Source of the DNA: Paragordius varius
Lineage: Eukaryota > Animalia > Nematomorpha
Direction: 5' to 3'
NCBI GenBank assembly: GCA_964247055.1
Contig: OZ176051.1
Location: 5,146,001 to 5,210,000 of the forward strand
DNA: 64,000 nucleotides
Positions within the stretch are counted from its first letter, which is position 1. The number at the start of each line of letters is the position of its first letter. The translations under genes and the position numbers were made by a program. The notes under the pieces are model-generated. The model did no database searches. It was given only the letters and a program-made list of their open reading frames with translations, and had not been told where the DNA came from. Positions 38,231-52,700 of the stretch are shown one piece after another.

Positions 38231-39912
38231 ATTGCATGTAAATGAATGCAGAATAACCAGTCGGATCTGGAAGGATAAGCTAAAAAAATCCAAATATAAT
38301 TTTAACAGTCCATGACCTTTTACTATACCTCGGGACGATTTGATATTTAAAAATATAAAAATGTATTTATGTTATTAGCCGAATACAAAAATATGCTTTC
38401 CTTAACTTTTTTAATATAGAAAATTATTTTTTAAAAATGCGAAATTGCAAAAAAATCTTTATCTCAAACTTTTGTATCGCCATTTTTTTCAAGAGTTTTT
38501 TTAAACAACTGCCAAATAAATGTTTATGATAGAAAACCAAAAGTTTTAGGGTTTACCAACAAAAGCTTGATATATATTGATTTTGAGTTCAGCTGTTAAA
38601 TCGTGTTTAGAACCTGTCCCAATTTTAGACTTTAGAAGTCATGTAAAATTATAAACTTTTTTATTTAATACATGAGAACAATATTTTGTAAAATTAATGT
38701 AAAACTTTTAAAACAGTAGTTTATGTACGAAATTGATCTGTGAACTGCCCCATGAACTAAGGCAAAAAAGAACTTGTCATAAAATGTAATTATATCATCA
38801 TCTGGCAGTAATGATATATATATAGTTCGCATACGAATCAATAAATAAAATATAATATTTTACCTAAACTGTAACTTTTTTTCAAACAACCACAGCGTCC
38901 ACAAAAAATATGTTTATGAAATATATATTTCTGATAGATAACGATTATGATTGTATTGCTTTTGGGCCTAACGAGCAGTATAAATTTTTTACAGTTTTTG
39001 TGATAACTGCTCCGTGTTAGAAAATAGGTTAATTAGGAAATTCCAAATATAATTTGGTGAAGGCTAAATGTTTTCTTTAATATAACTTAAATAACAAACT
39101 ATAATTGATAAACAAGACAATTTTTTTATAAAATTTTAAACATATATGGGTTTCTAAAATCTCAAATTTTTAGACCGACTATAGCCCTGCATCCGAAATT
39201 AGGTGGTATAAAATACCTGTACTCAAAAACAATATTAGAATTTTCATGCTTCTGATGCATTAAGAAAGATATAAGATAGTTATTTGCACTTTTGTTGGTT
39301 ATCACTCGATATCGTAAAATCGCCTTGAGCGCACATTATGTAATTTTTGGTAAATGCTAAATGCTATATTCCGAAATATATCATATATATATGGCATACT
39401 ATATTAAAGCATAGCAAAATTTATAAAATTATTTTTAAAAGGCTCCGAAAGTCGGAACTTTTTCGCTTTCTAAAATTTGTTTTTAATATATATCCAAAAA
39501 TGCCGAGATTTTGCATTATATATATGTGCTAGATTACACAGTTGGCACAAAAAATAACCTGATGAAATATATATCTTCTGAAAAAAATTATCATGGTGTT
39601 TTTAATTTTAGCTCTTACGAGATATTTAAGAAATTTATTTACACTTATGTGGTAACTGCTAGTAAGATGAGACCACAAATAAGGGAAATATGTATTGTTT
39701 ATATATTCAAAAATACATACATATATATATATATATTAGCGTAAATCTCGTGCTGCTAGACAGCCCGAGGAAGTCCTTCGGAATTCCGGGGGCTATTTGA
39801 AAAAAGGACAATAAAATGATCCACATATGTGGATTATTTCGAAACAATATTTAATAACTATGATCTCATAGTAATTTTAAAATGGTGCATTCATACTAAT
39901 ATATTGTTTACT

Positions 39913-40821
39913 TGGGCGAAAAATAGATTCAAAGAATTATTTTTTTGAACTTTGTTTTTTGAAAAAAATGGCATTTTACGGAGGGAGCGGGTAAAAAGAG
40001 GGCCTAAATTAAAAAAGTTAGTCGACTATGTTCGGCACAATCGAAAATAAGTAAACAAAAATTATGTTTGAAAGTGAATGATCCAACACGTTCTGCGGAA
40101 AATTGTCTTAAAGACATATTTGTGGACTTTAAAAAAACCGTTTTTCACACGGGGTGGGCCCGAACTGGGGGCCTATTTCAAAAAAAATGCGAAGTTATTG
40201 TCGGGGCATTCATTAATGATTATATTCTTTCAATGTTTAGATTTGAATGGGTTTACCGGTTTTCCGGAAACAGTTCACAAAGCCACCACTTTCCATTTTT
40301 ATAAATATATAGATATCGCAAAAGGTCATTGTGCTACTATGTGTATGCGTAACTTAAAGAGGTGTAAATGTATTTTCATAGAAGTAAAGTGCATGCAACT
40401 ATACAATTTATTCAACAATATAATAACACTGCGTGTAAAATCGGGGACTATGAAAAAATAACCTTCTGAAAAATATATATTCTGAGTCATTCAAATCCAA
40501 ATGTCGAAAATATATAATCATTAATGAATGCCCCGACAATAGCTTTGCCCTTTATTGAATTAAGTCCCCAGTTTGGGCCCACCCCGTGTAAAAAACGGTT
40601 TTTTTGAATCAGAAGTCCACAAAAATCGTGTCTTTGAGACAATTTTCCCGAAAACGTTTTGGACCATTTGATTTCAAATATGATTTTTTTTACTTATTTT
40701 CGATTGCGCAGAACAAAGTCGGCTCGGTTTTTAAATTGCTCTTTCGTTCCCCCCGTAAAATGCCATTTTTTCAAAAAAATTAGGTCCACAAAAATAATTT
40801 TTTAAATCTATTTTTCGCCTA
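39913..40821. mobile_element. ~910-bp element with ~340-bp TIRs
   Basis: GGCGAAAAATAGATT, AATGGCATTTTACGG, GGGGTGGGCCC and TTGTCGGGGCATTCATTAATGATTATAT are mirrored in 40490-40821; ~240-bp unique core. Confidence 0.85.
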
Positions 40822-40829
40822 TGATACCG

Positions 40830-42120
40830 TAAAAGTTCAATAAGGATTCCATTCCCTGTTAAAATGCAAAAATTTTAGTCGTGCGTTTCTTTTATATTGG
40901 TTGCCGGGTAAGGAGCTACCCGCTTAAAACTGATCCGTCATATCAAATAGTGTGCCTTTGAGGCTAAATTTCACAAAACCTATCAGGCCATATGAGTTCA
41001 GCTGCTTAAAGAATTACCCGTAACAAGACAAAAATTTAGATCGTGAGGTTTTTTAAAATTAGCTGTTAATTAGGCCCTTCACGCCCTGAAACATGCGCCA
41101 CCATAGAATGATTTTTTAATTTTGAAGCAATTTTTCCAAAAACTAATGAAAGGATATGGAATCAATCTGATTCCAGGTATGCTCCGTAAAAAGGCAAAAA
41201 TTTTAATCTAGCGCTATTTTGCCTCTGGTTAGGGAACTACCCGCCTAAAACTGCACCACCATATCAAAATTGCGTTGCTTAGAAGTTAATTTTCAGAAGG
41301 CCATATAAGTTTAATAAAGGACTGTAATATTACCCGTAATGGCAAAAATTAAAGTCGAGGGAATTTTTTTAAATTAGCGGTTAACCTGAAATTCCAATGT
41401 CAAGAAAGGTTAGAAAATAATAGGCTATCGGTAGGGGGCTACCTGCGTAAAAATGCGTCACTATATCGATACAGCATGCTTTTTGAGCCAAATTTCAGAA
41501 AACTTATGAGACTATGTGAGTTCAATAAGGGCCTAAAATATTTTTTACCCCTTAAAAAACAAATATTTTAGCATAGGGGGTTATTTCAATGAGTCGCTAA
41601 GAAAAGTTTTACGCCCGGAAAAATTCACCGCCATAGAACAATTTTTTAGTTTTGAAGCAATATTTCCAAGAACTTATAGGAACATATAGACATTATAACT
41701 CTAGATATTCCCCATATAAAGACAAAATTTTGCCCGAAGCTTTTTTATGCCTACCTCTGGGCAAGAAGCTACCCGCCAAAAACTGTGCCACACTATAGAA
41801 ATTGCGTTGTTTTGGAATAAAGTTTGAAATATTACCCTAGGTAAAAATTAAGGTCAGCCCTTTTTTATTAGCCATTTATTTAGGGCCTTTATGCCCTAAA
41901 AATACGCCATCATTTAATGATTATTTAGTGTTGAGGTATTTTTTCGAATAATTCATGAGACGATGGTCTCAAAGATGATTCCAAATACTTTCCCTATAAA
42001 GGCAAAAAATTTAACTTAGTTTTTCCATAGCCTATGGGTAGGGGTCTACGGGTTTAAAACTGAGACGCCATATAAAAATGGCGAGGCTTTGGAGCTAATT
42101 TTCAAAAAACATTTACGCCA
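40830..42120 (+). repeat. Degenerate tandem array, ~320-bp unit, about 5 copies (some deleted)
   Basis: GGTAAGGAGCTACCCGCTTAAAACTG-like motif near 40905, 41228, 41428, 41758 and 42035, each followed by similar downstream blocks. Confidence 0.75.
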
Positions 42121-43702
42121 GTTGTATAAAATTATTTATCATTTACTTTAAATAAATGTATTTTTAAATAAAATATTAGAAATACGGAAATATTTTTTTA
42201 TCTTGTTAGATTCGGTATCTTTATCTTTGATTTTTATTTATTGCCGCTCAGCCTTAGTTAATATTTAAATTGCTAAGGGTTAGCGATTGGCCGGTTACGA
42301 ATGCATTCCTAGCCCGGATTGTCCAGAAAAAATTTCTTTATATATGAAATTTTTTTGTCATTTAATAACGCTCTATTTTTGGATGTTTAAGATTTAATTT
42401 TTATTGTATTTACTGTTTATTTTTTAACTCTACCTAACCCCCTTATACTTTTTCTGCAACTATTTCGGTTACATGTTTGATCAAATAATATTTTTACGTT
42501 TTGCAAAGATCCCATTTCCTTAAATTAACAGTTTTCCTTTTATATAAAAGATAAAAAAAGCAAATAAATGGGGACCAATAATCACGATTGATTCAGTAAT
42601 TATTTTGGTACAGAAATACTAAATCTACGGATTTAAATATTTTCTTGGCATAATATTTTAAAATTCCCACATATGGTATTCATAAATAAAGTTTGATAAT
42701 AATATTCTTTTTCGAAAAAAAAAATATTCTCTTCTCATTCCACCAAACAATTAAAAAATTTAGTAGATAAAAAATATAAAACAATATTTGTTACGTAATA
42801 CAATTCAACCAAACCATTTTTCCTTCATCAAAAAATAAATAAAGGAAAAAAAAAACACAGTAATGCGCGTGTTTGTTTTCGATGCTTTTCCCAGATTTTT
42901 CTGATAACTTCTCTTCATAACTTTAAAATATTTAGTATATTTCCAAACCGTTTGTTATATCGTTTATTTTATGTAAAAAATGATTATACAAAATAAAATA
43001 AAATTATTTTAAATTTACAATTTATATTGCAAATATTGATTGATTCCTGTCTCCCACTAGTCAACAGGTAAAATATAAAATTACTATACAATAAATAATT
43101 TGTTGTAAAGAACCCGAAAATTTTAATTCTTTAAAATTTTACAGGACCCTGCGATAAATAACAAATTACACTTTTAAATGACATGCGATACGTATAAATA
43201 TAGAGATTTAAAACAAACAATAAAATGATTTATATATTTACACATTTTACTTATACATAAACTTTAAACTTTGAAAAATTAATTAACCTATGTATATATT
43301 TTTTCTTGTAAAAGTTATGAATATTTTAGTATAAAATTATTATTAATTAATCAATTTGTTTTATATAGAGAAAAATATTTTATGCATGCATGTGTCGCAT
43401 AGAATTATAGAAATCAACTAGTCCCTTTGTAAATTTTTATTGTGTTAGCACATAGAAGATAAGCATATGTATTAATCGCATCGGGTTGGTTTTCTCATTT
43501 ATATATTTATTGAGATTAATGAATTTTGCCTTTTCATCATTCACATGCGCTTATCGTTACAATATTTAAAAGTATTTAATTTTCTCCATTGCATAATTGA
43601 TTTAATAAGACATATTCATACATTGAGTGAAATATAATCATTAACTTGGTATATTTTATTAGAATCTCATCAACACTGATTATAGATATACTTCACTTCA
43701 CA

Positions 43703-46700
43703 ATGACACCAAAAGTCAAAGTTGTTTCAATATCCTATTATTTCATTTTAATGTTTGCTACAATTTTTTATCCCAAATCTACGTTGACACAAGGTAAAGA
43801 CCTAGATATGTTAGTTTCATCAAAATCATCCTCTAATTCTGATCTCATTGCATCGGCTAAAATTACGGCACCAGAATGTCCCAAATTTACTGAGGGTCAT
43901 TGTCAGTGCATTAAAGCTGGCATTAATTCACCCCTTATGATGGAATCAAGTAATGTTGGTTTTGCCAATGGTAATTCTTCCAGAATGTCAGGCAGTCTTG
44001 GGCAAGGCCTAGAATCTTCTTTCAGCACCACAAATTCTCAGCTTTTTCCATCATCTAATCAAGGGGGGAGTGTGCCGTCAAACGCCTCAACATTCAATAT
44101 TGCATGTAGTTTTACTAAAACTGAAGTAATCCAAGATGCATTGCAAAGAGTCTCTCATCTAAATATATCATCTCTAACGCTCATACATAACGTCATTCCT
44201 AGCCTACATGACGACTTCTTTGCCGGACTTAAACATGTTGATAAAATTTATCTCAAATACAATCGGATAGCTAATGTGTCAGAAAACGCTTTCCGAGGGC
44301 TAGAGGATAGTTTAAGTCAATTGTTCATTGACGAATTTTATTGGTATAGCTTTCATTTTAAGGCATTTGATCAAATCCCGGCATCTGCAATTTGCAAATT
44401 ACAGAAATTGACAGATCTCACTATCTCTAGTGGATACTTAACAAATATATCACAAGCTATGTTTGAAGGTTGTTCCAACCTGCAAAGGTTAACGCTCAAA
44501 GGCTATAAACTCGCCAAAATTGATGATGACGCTTTTGCTGATATGACCAGTTTATCCTCGTTAGAACTTAAAAGTAGCACACTTAGTAGCGTACCCAATA
44601 AAGCCTTAGCTAATTTAGATAATCTAAAATCTTTGAAAATCGAATCGCGAAAAATCCAAAATATCACCGATGATGCATTCGCTCATTTAGATCGGTTAGA
44701 GAAATTGGATTTATCATCTTGTTCCATTTCAAACATTGAAAAAAATGCCTTTTCTGACATTGGCTCCTCATTGAAAGTTTTATCGTTGGATCGTAACTCT
44801 TTGAAATCTCTCCCTAATTTGGGAACACTCCGTAAATTAGAACGATTAGATTTGGGATTTAACGATTTAAATTCACTTGCTAACGTTTCGTTCCGTGGCA
44901 TGAGAAATTTGAAAAATTTATCGCTTGATATGAATGGCTTAATCTTTTTGGGTGAAAACAGTTTTGCCGGTTTAGAGAATAGTTTGCAGTCAGTATCTTT
45001 AACACAAAACAGATTGACTCATTTCCCATCCACCGCTCTTAATAAACTTAAAGCTTTACGAGAACTGTCCTTATCCAGCAATTTAATCATTGAAATACCG
45101 AGTGATGCTTTATCGCTAGCGGGTGATTTAGTCAAAGACACCGGGGCAACTGGAAATGACAATTCTATTAAAGGAGATGATTCTAATTCAATCAAAATGC
45201 ACACAATTGATTTAAGCAGAAATAGAATTAACAAAATATCTGGACAATCTTTTAAAGGTTCACGCGATACTTTGGAAATCCTAAATTTAGCCATGAATAA
45301 ATTGACACAATACCCTACTGAGTTTAATGAATTCACGAATTTAACATCCCTTGATTTGTCCCTCAATGCCATTGAAAGCCTGGACCCACAAACGCTTGAA
45401 GGAAGTCAAGATCGGCTCGAATTCATTGGATTAAACGGTATTTACATAAATATTTTTCTATAATTATGGTGATGACTGTTTATTGGAAAATACGGGGCAC
45501 AAGATTAAAATTAACTTTTATGCGATAGATATTTTGTTTATGGATAGCATATATTTCATCAGGATATTTTTTGGGACAAACAATTTCCAAATAAATTTTA
45601 GTAAGATATTTTTTAAATATAATAATTAATCGCAATTACCGCAGATTGATCTAATTTCACAAACTATTTTATGAAAAATTGTTTAGGTAGAGGTTTTAAA
45701 GTGTGAACAATCTGACTAAAATGTCAGTTTTGTTAAAAATGCATAGTATTATACATAGACTTTTTATTGTCATACAAACATATGACTACATACTCAGTAC
45801 CTGAGATTAAGAAATAAAATTTTTATTTTAAAAAATAATAATCCAAAACTAATTTTGATTATAAGGCTTTTACATTATAAGTTTTATCTATCCATCCAGG
45901 TCCCGAACGGGCTAACAGTTTTTCAAAAAGTTTAAATGTCAATGTGCAAAACTAAGTATGAAAAATTTTGATTTTATTTTAAGTTGTTGTAATATACCAT
46001 TTACCGTTCAAACAATTCAAATTCACCCTTCAACAATTCAAATTTACCCTCGAACAATTCAAATTCACCTTGTCTTTTTTAAAGTTAGAAAGTACCTATA
46101 AAATGATTTTTTTTAAAATTAATATAATACTGAAAAAATAATAAATTATGCCATAAGAATATATTTCATATTAATAATGATTTATATTAGCCCAAAGACA
46201 CAATTTATTTTTAGGGTGTGAATTGTAAATGGTATGTATATTAGGCGCTTGCTTCATTAAAATCTTATTTTATTATTCTCCAAAGTTTTAGCCATTTATT
46301 ATGATAAATTTTATAACGAATATTCTTTTAAAACAGCTGACTATTTTAAATCTAAGAGAAAAGCGTTTTCAAATGTTCCCTGCAGCACAACTAATTTATT
46401 GGGATCCATAAATTATATTTTTGAAAAATATTGCAAATAGTTTTGAATTAGCATTGGGACTGGAAAAGGGGGTTAACAAACTGAAACTTTAGTTTCGGCA
46501 TTAGGATTTACTAATTGTAAAATGTATTTAGTTCTTGTCATTAGGTTAAAAAAATTTTTTCATATAAAAATATATTTAGTTTTCACAAATTTATAATGTA
46601 AATTTTGAAAGATTTGAGAGAATATAGTTGCATTATGCAATTATTGTTTTTGAATACACCACATGTTTATCTGAATACACATAATAAGGTCTTAAGCGAT

Positions 46701-49349
46701 TCGATTCTTTTATAAAAAATATAATTTATGAGTTATAATTTAATTAATATTTAATCCATAAATGTATTCAGGGTCTTTTTTATATAACATATTCTCTCGT
46801 TTAAAATGCTATTAATTATAAGTGAACGTGTTAATTATATAGTTAATTTTTAAGTTGTTTCTACAAAACTTGCGTAATTATTAAATGATTGATGAAAATT
46901 TAATTACCCTATTCAAATACTCTTTTTCCGTTTCTACCATTAATTAAAGTCTCCAAAAGTGTTTATGCATTAATCTTTTTTCTCGGATTTTTAAGGTGTG
47001 GATCATTTATTTATACAAATAAACTTTATTTGCATGGAATGTGCACATTGGAGCCTAAAATTTGATTTCTAATGCTGTCTATAAATAAAATCTATCCTAA
47101 TTGATTTTTTTAAACAAAAGGAACAAAAACTCAAAAAATTTAATGGAATCGCTAAGAACAATGAGATTAGCGTTGTGCTGTGTTTGATTACCCTTTTATT
47201 ATACAGACCGCTAATGAATGCTTTAACTCGATTCGAATTGGGATATCTAAATACCCTAAACTATTTTTATGTTGCTATTTTTAAAAAACTACTGAAAGAA
47301 ACGGCCCTAATTTAAATTTATGCTTTTATCCTTATAAAATTTGTATAAATAAGCCGAAATTTTTAAATAAAAATTAGTTTTGGAAAAAATTTAATATCAA
47401 ACTACTCACATTTTTATTTTACTACATTTTTGCAAAACATCGTGTTTTATTTAATTTTAAAACGAAATTTCCAGCTAATCTAACATTGAAATAGAAAAAG
47501 TCGTTTATTTCGTTTAAAAATTTAGCTAATGCATACATGTCATGTTGATTAAATTTTTACATTTGGGTTTTATCTTAAAATAAATATTATATTTGAATAT
47601 TTTTTTTAAATTTCTGTCTGTTAATAATATATAAGTGCAAAATTTTGCCATGGTTTCAATTCCTTTCATATTTTTTGAAGATAATTCCTGGGCTATCCAA
47701 CTACCTCAATTTAAATCAAAGGACTGAAATGAATGTGCTGTATATAATTGTAAAAGTAACAAATCATAATTAAGGCACATATCTAGTAAACCAAAAAAAA
47801 GTCAAAATAAAAATGTAAAAGAATAAATTATGTTTGTTGACTTTATAGCGTATGATTAAAATATTAAAAAAAGTGATTGCAATACAAAAAATGATTGAAT
47901 ATACATTTCAACAAACTATTTTGTATTCGGGGCATCAGATTCCTAATATTGTAAAAAATATAACCTCTCGGACCTGTTATGTTTGTTAATTTTGCTCTAA
48001 ATGTTACGGCTTTGAAAAAAACTGGTTCAACGCCATTTATTTTTTAAAAATCATTGGCAATTAAAAAGTTACAAATTTCGCCATATTTTTCTTTATAACC
48101 AATTTAAAACTTGAAATAACTCTAGAACACAAAAAGTAACACCCAATTTATTTTTGGATTATATATTTTTATGGATACCACCGTTTAAACAGGTAATCCG
48201 TGGAAATGTGATTGTGTCATGGCTTCGTTCCGCATTTGGCTCGAGAATTGGATTCAAGGTTTAACGCTTCGCGATATGTATAAGATGGAAAAAATGATAA
48301 AAGAAACCAAATGTGAATCACCCGAAGAACTAAAGGGTATACCCTTACATTATCCCCCTATCAGTCATCTTGTGTGTCGCGATGCACAAAATAAAATAAT
48401 CAAAACACCTTTACACGGTTCAACTTCCTTGTTACATGGTAATTCATCTAGCAAGTTACCCATTTACTACTTCATAAGTGTGGAGGATGCGTTAAAAAAG
48501 TTTGATACGTTACTTAACGGAGCCCTTGAGGATGAAGATTTAAGTAATTAACATAAATATTTTTATTTTTTCACGTAATCTTTAGTATAACTAAATGATT
48601 GGATTATATTAGACTTCACAGATACCCATTCAGCCGGAGATTTATCTGCTAACGGATCTGATAAGAAAGGTGGACTTGGAAATACTAATTCCAAAGGATT
48701 TTGGTCGGGTCGTCGAAAGGGGAAATGGGAAGGATCAACCCGTACTTTTGCTATCATGGGTTTCCTTATGTCACTCATTTTGTGTTGTATACTTCTACTA
48801 ACTACCTTTATTTCATGGATTACCGCGGCCGGACGTAAAAAGGGTTATTTTCGCACCGCAAAGAGTTCCATAGGAAATAATTCGTCACTCGGTTCTTTCG
48901 GCCAACTTGCGGGTTCTGCTCAGTCTTTGGGTAATCAAGCGCCGACCAAAGGTCCCACTAGTAATAATCTTTTGTTTAATGGTTTTGGTAATGGTGTCCC
49001 AAAATTGGCTTTTGGTGGCCTAAGCTCAGCCTTTCCTCCCCGTGACATTATTATGATGTCTCCACCGTCCTCAGATAAGAACAATAGCAATACCCTGATG
49101 ACAAATAAAACCAGTACTGATACCAGCGTTTTGAAACCCCAAGTTGGGAAAAGTAATACGGGTTCGGGTTTTCTTAAACAAATCCCAGGAACTGGGAACA
49201 CATTTATAAATAAACTTAAGGGCAAAAATCCCTTAATTAATAGCAGTGGAACGGGTAAAGATTTTGACATTGATAATGACATGTTTGATGTAACGGATGA
49301 TAAGAGTGTTATAACGCAACATGAATATCGTATGCCGACTGCACCTTAA
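43703..49349 (+). CDS. Type I single-pass leucine-rich repeat membrane protein, 3 exons, ~940 aa
   Basis: Exons 43703-45437, 48193-48543, 48613 (or 48622)-49349. Signal peptide; LRRNT (CPKFTEGHCQC...IAC); ~17 LRRs; LRRCT formed across the splice (FIGLNG|NPWKCDC...KCESPEELKG...LVC); TM FAIMGFLMSLILCCILLLTTFISWI; ~170-aa low-complexity tail. Confidence 0.85.
45997..46232. mobile_element. MITE family A copy in the LRR gene intron
   Basis: tata|CCATTTACCGTTC ... GAATTGTAAATGG|ta; 21-nt units. Confidence 0.8.
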
Positions 49350-49782
49350 AATAAGTTTATAAATAAATAATTTTTAGTTTTCCCTCTTTTCACCGTGAAA
49401 TACCAAAATTGTTTCAGCATTCGGAAAAATAAACAATAAATATCATTATAATCACAATAGATTATGTATGTCTCTATTATTAAATGCTTTAAACCTAATA
49501 GCAAAATATGTAATAACAACACACCCAATATAGTCAATTTTTATATTATATATACGTTTGAAACTTTTAGATTTTTCAATTATACAATCCATCACACAAT
49601 TAAAATAATTATATAATACCAAAGTTTTTTTGTAAATTTTATCTTATCTATAGTATATTACCTTAATTCTTCTACCATTTAAATGTTGCAATAAATTTAT
49701 TATGTGTTGCATGAATTGAATATATTATTATATTCTTAATAAATAAATAAATGCATAAAAGGATAGTTAACATTCATTCCAA

Positions 49783-52700
49783 TTAATTTCCGACGGTGGC
49801 CAATATATCTTGAATCCGTATTTTATCTTTTCCATGTGAAGGTAGACCGGCCAAATACTTTTTAGCTATATATTAATTTTAAAATTAATATATATACCGT
49901 TTACAATTCAAATTACCCTTGATTCACCCTAAATATAACTCATTAAAAAGAAATATAATCGTATGTCATAGTTTATTATTTTTTCAGTATTATATTAATT
50001 TTATTTTTTAAAAATATAGGTAATTTTTAATCTAAAAATACATATTTTTTTAGGGTAAATTTGAATTGTTTAGAATTTTTTATCTATTATTGTAGAGGCT
50101 TAACCTCACAGTTGTTTTAAAGTTTAAATTAATCTTAAGACACGAGTATCTATATAATAACCAAATAAGGTATAAAATATAATCCCCTTTTCTTAACTGG
50201 ACGCTTCTAGCTTAATTTACAAGAAAAAACTTGATAATGTGTGAAATCATTATATGTTATGTTGCAATTAAAAAATAATTTTGGATATATAGATTTACCT
50301 CGCCTACCAAAAAACAGCGCAAAGAGTTACTAATATGCGAACTCTTTTTGCGGAAAATTACCTCCCAGCGAATATTTTCAAATCTTAAATAATAAAGCTT
50401 TCATTCCGTTAAAGCGAAAAAAATGGCGCTTTGGAAGAATAAGGGGTCCTAGCAGGCGCTCAATTAACATATTATTAAAAATCGATTTTAATGGGTTCTT
50501 TTTTGGCAACAAACAAACAAAAATTGCCGAAATAAATTTTCGTTATATTGTATCCCTTAATTTTCTACAGTCTTATGCTTGAAATCTAAAAAAAATATTT
50601 ATGCCCATATATTTTTCGAAGGCGGCCCGTGAAGCCATTTATGTTGCCTCTGATCTAAACCGTTTTCCTAAAAACTGTATTATTGTAAAAAAAAACGCCA
50701 TTTTTGCAGGGGTTGAGGCCTAACGCTGTGGTTTATTAAAAGATGGTTTAATTATGATGACGCATTCATTAATTATTAAAAAATATTCATGGTGCTTGAA
50801 TTCGTAGCCCAAAAAATTGTCTCAAACACTATTTTTGAGGATTTGTGTTAATAAACCACTTTTATCGAGGAGGGGGTTAATGAAATACACGAATTGACTA
50901 TGATTGGCGCATTTATACGAATAAAAATATCCAATGTTACTTTAAATGAGCCTCCACATTTTTCAAAAAAAAAACAAATTATATTTTGCTTCATCTTTAA
51001 AGTGATACCAGTGTCAAATATTCTCTACTCACTTTAAATTTCAAATGCAACTCATGCGTACACCATTCAACGGCCCTGCCAATTAAGCACATCGCCCTTA
51101 ATAACTCAAGCTTTGAAGTTGTAAACGAATTATCTTGGTGACAAAATAACATCAGACTCCTCAAACAAGAGCGCAATTAATGCCAGAAACCGTATCTGGG
51201 GAAAGCATCATCAGCTAAAACACTTACTAAAACAAAAGCACATATCCCTCAAAACAAAAGGCTTAATTTATAAAGTGGGTATATGACCAGTTTGGACATA
51301 TGCCACAGAAACCATGGTATTAACACACAAGAGAAACGTTTCATCAGCGTTAATCACATACTACACATGCTGTCAACGCAACTAAATCCCAAGATCTCCA
51401 CATACAAATGGAGTCAATAGACAATAAATTTATCCAATTCAAAAGAATGAGATACTATGATCACCTTGACCGTATGAATAATAATCCGATCAAAACCTCA
51501 TTCGACATCATCCCACCTGGAAACAATAAACCCGGTCGCCCTCGTTAAACTTAGGCTAAAAAGATTGATCTGGATTTCCAACAACTCAAATTGCTAAAAA
51601 CAGATTGTAGTGATAAAGAACTATTTCTTAAAAAGCTGGATAGTTTACGATGGTGCACCATCAAAACTCATTGCTAAACAACAAAAGTTAAGAATTTCAA
51701 AAAAAATATTACACACAAAAATCACGAGATCCGAAATTATGCAGATGATCACAATTTAAGTAACACTTGTATATTAACTAATCAATTTGGTCTTGGCTCC
51801 CATAAAACAGCTCTCCGTTATTTTAACGCAAAACTTTGAAAGCAAAAAAATTTAAAGGGAATTATATTTAGCAATTTAAGTGTATGAAAAAAGATATGAC
51901 ATAGTCGCTTAGTAAAACTGTAAAATGAAACCTAGGTTTGAGTCCAATTTATCAGAACCAATTTGTGTTAAAACGTATTCCATGGCCGTTTTATTTATCT
52001 CCTCTCCATTTTGTCTGTTACGCTTATGTTTTGCATTAGAATTTAGAAACCTGTTATAACGTTTAAAATAAAATTATTATACTGATAGGAGAGGAGACCA
52101 TTCTTTATTTCATTATAATAATTTGTGGTTTTCTTATGGTTGTGTAAAATCTCCAAAAAGGTGGCAAAATTGATTTCTCCGTTCCCTAAAAAGATATGAA
52201 AAAAATATATATTAACGCTTAAAGTAAAATAAATTACACAAGACAACAAATTTTGACTTTTTTTGAGTGCCATTCTTGTAAATTAATTTTTTTTTCATTA
52301 ACATAAATAGCATATCAGAAAAAAATTGGTCTAACACCTAAAAATTTTTTATTATTACGTTTTATCGAAATTTTTTGGCCCCGATTTAAACATTACTCGA
52401 AATTTTTTAAATTAAAAGTTTTAGATATGAAGACACGTATTTTATATCATTTGTGAGAGCGCAAAAAACTGACTCTTTCGAATAGAAGTAGTCATTTCAT
52501 TTAAATCAATCTGATGTAAAAGTTATTTGGCCTTATATGGTCAAAATTTTTAACCCTTAAACAAATAAAAAAAAATCATAGACAAACTAATTTAAAAATC
52601 ATATAAATTATTTTAATAGAATTATTGGTTTAACATATATTGAAAATTAAAGAAAAATCTTTAAAAAAAGCTTTTGGTTTTCTTTTTTAATAAAAATATT

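Noticed and set aside
33450-40461. ORFs within TIR arms and MITEs (33450-33689, 34588-35194, 36213-36494, 39347-39744, 40068-40461)
   Set aside because: AT-rich chance ORFs in non-autonomous elements; no transposase motifs.
44344-44362. 19-nt GT-AG segment inside the LRR exon
   Set aside because: The ORF is open across it, and excision would frameshift into an early stop.
13107-49282. Antisense or alternate-frame ORFs (13107-13301, 18336-18619, 19353-19756, 24742-25338, 44683-45372, 48563-49282, 63217-63429)
   Set aside because: They are shadows of real exons on the opposite strand or in another frame, with no independent motifs.
51918-51931. 14-nt GT-AG segment after CALML4 exon 5
   Set aside because: It leads to a short non-EF-like peptide and a stop; the phase-1 exon at 49865-49783 gives a calmodulin-length protein.
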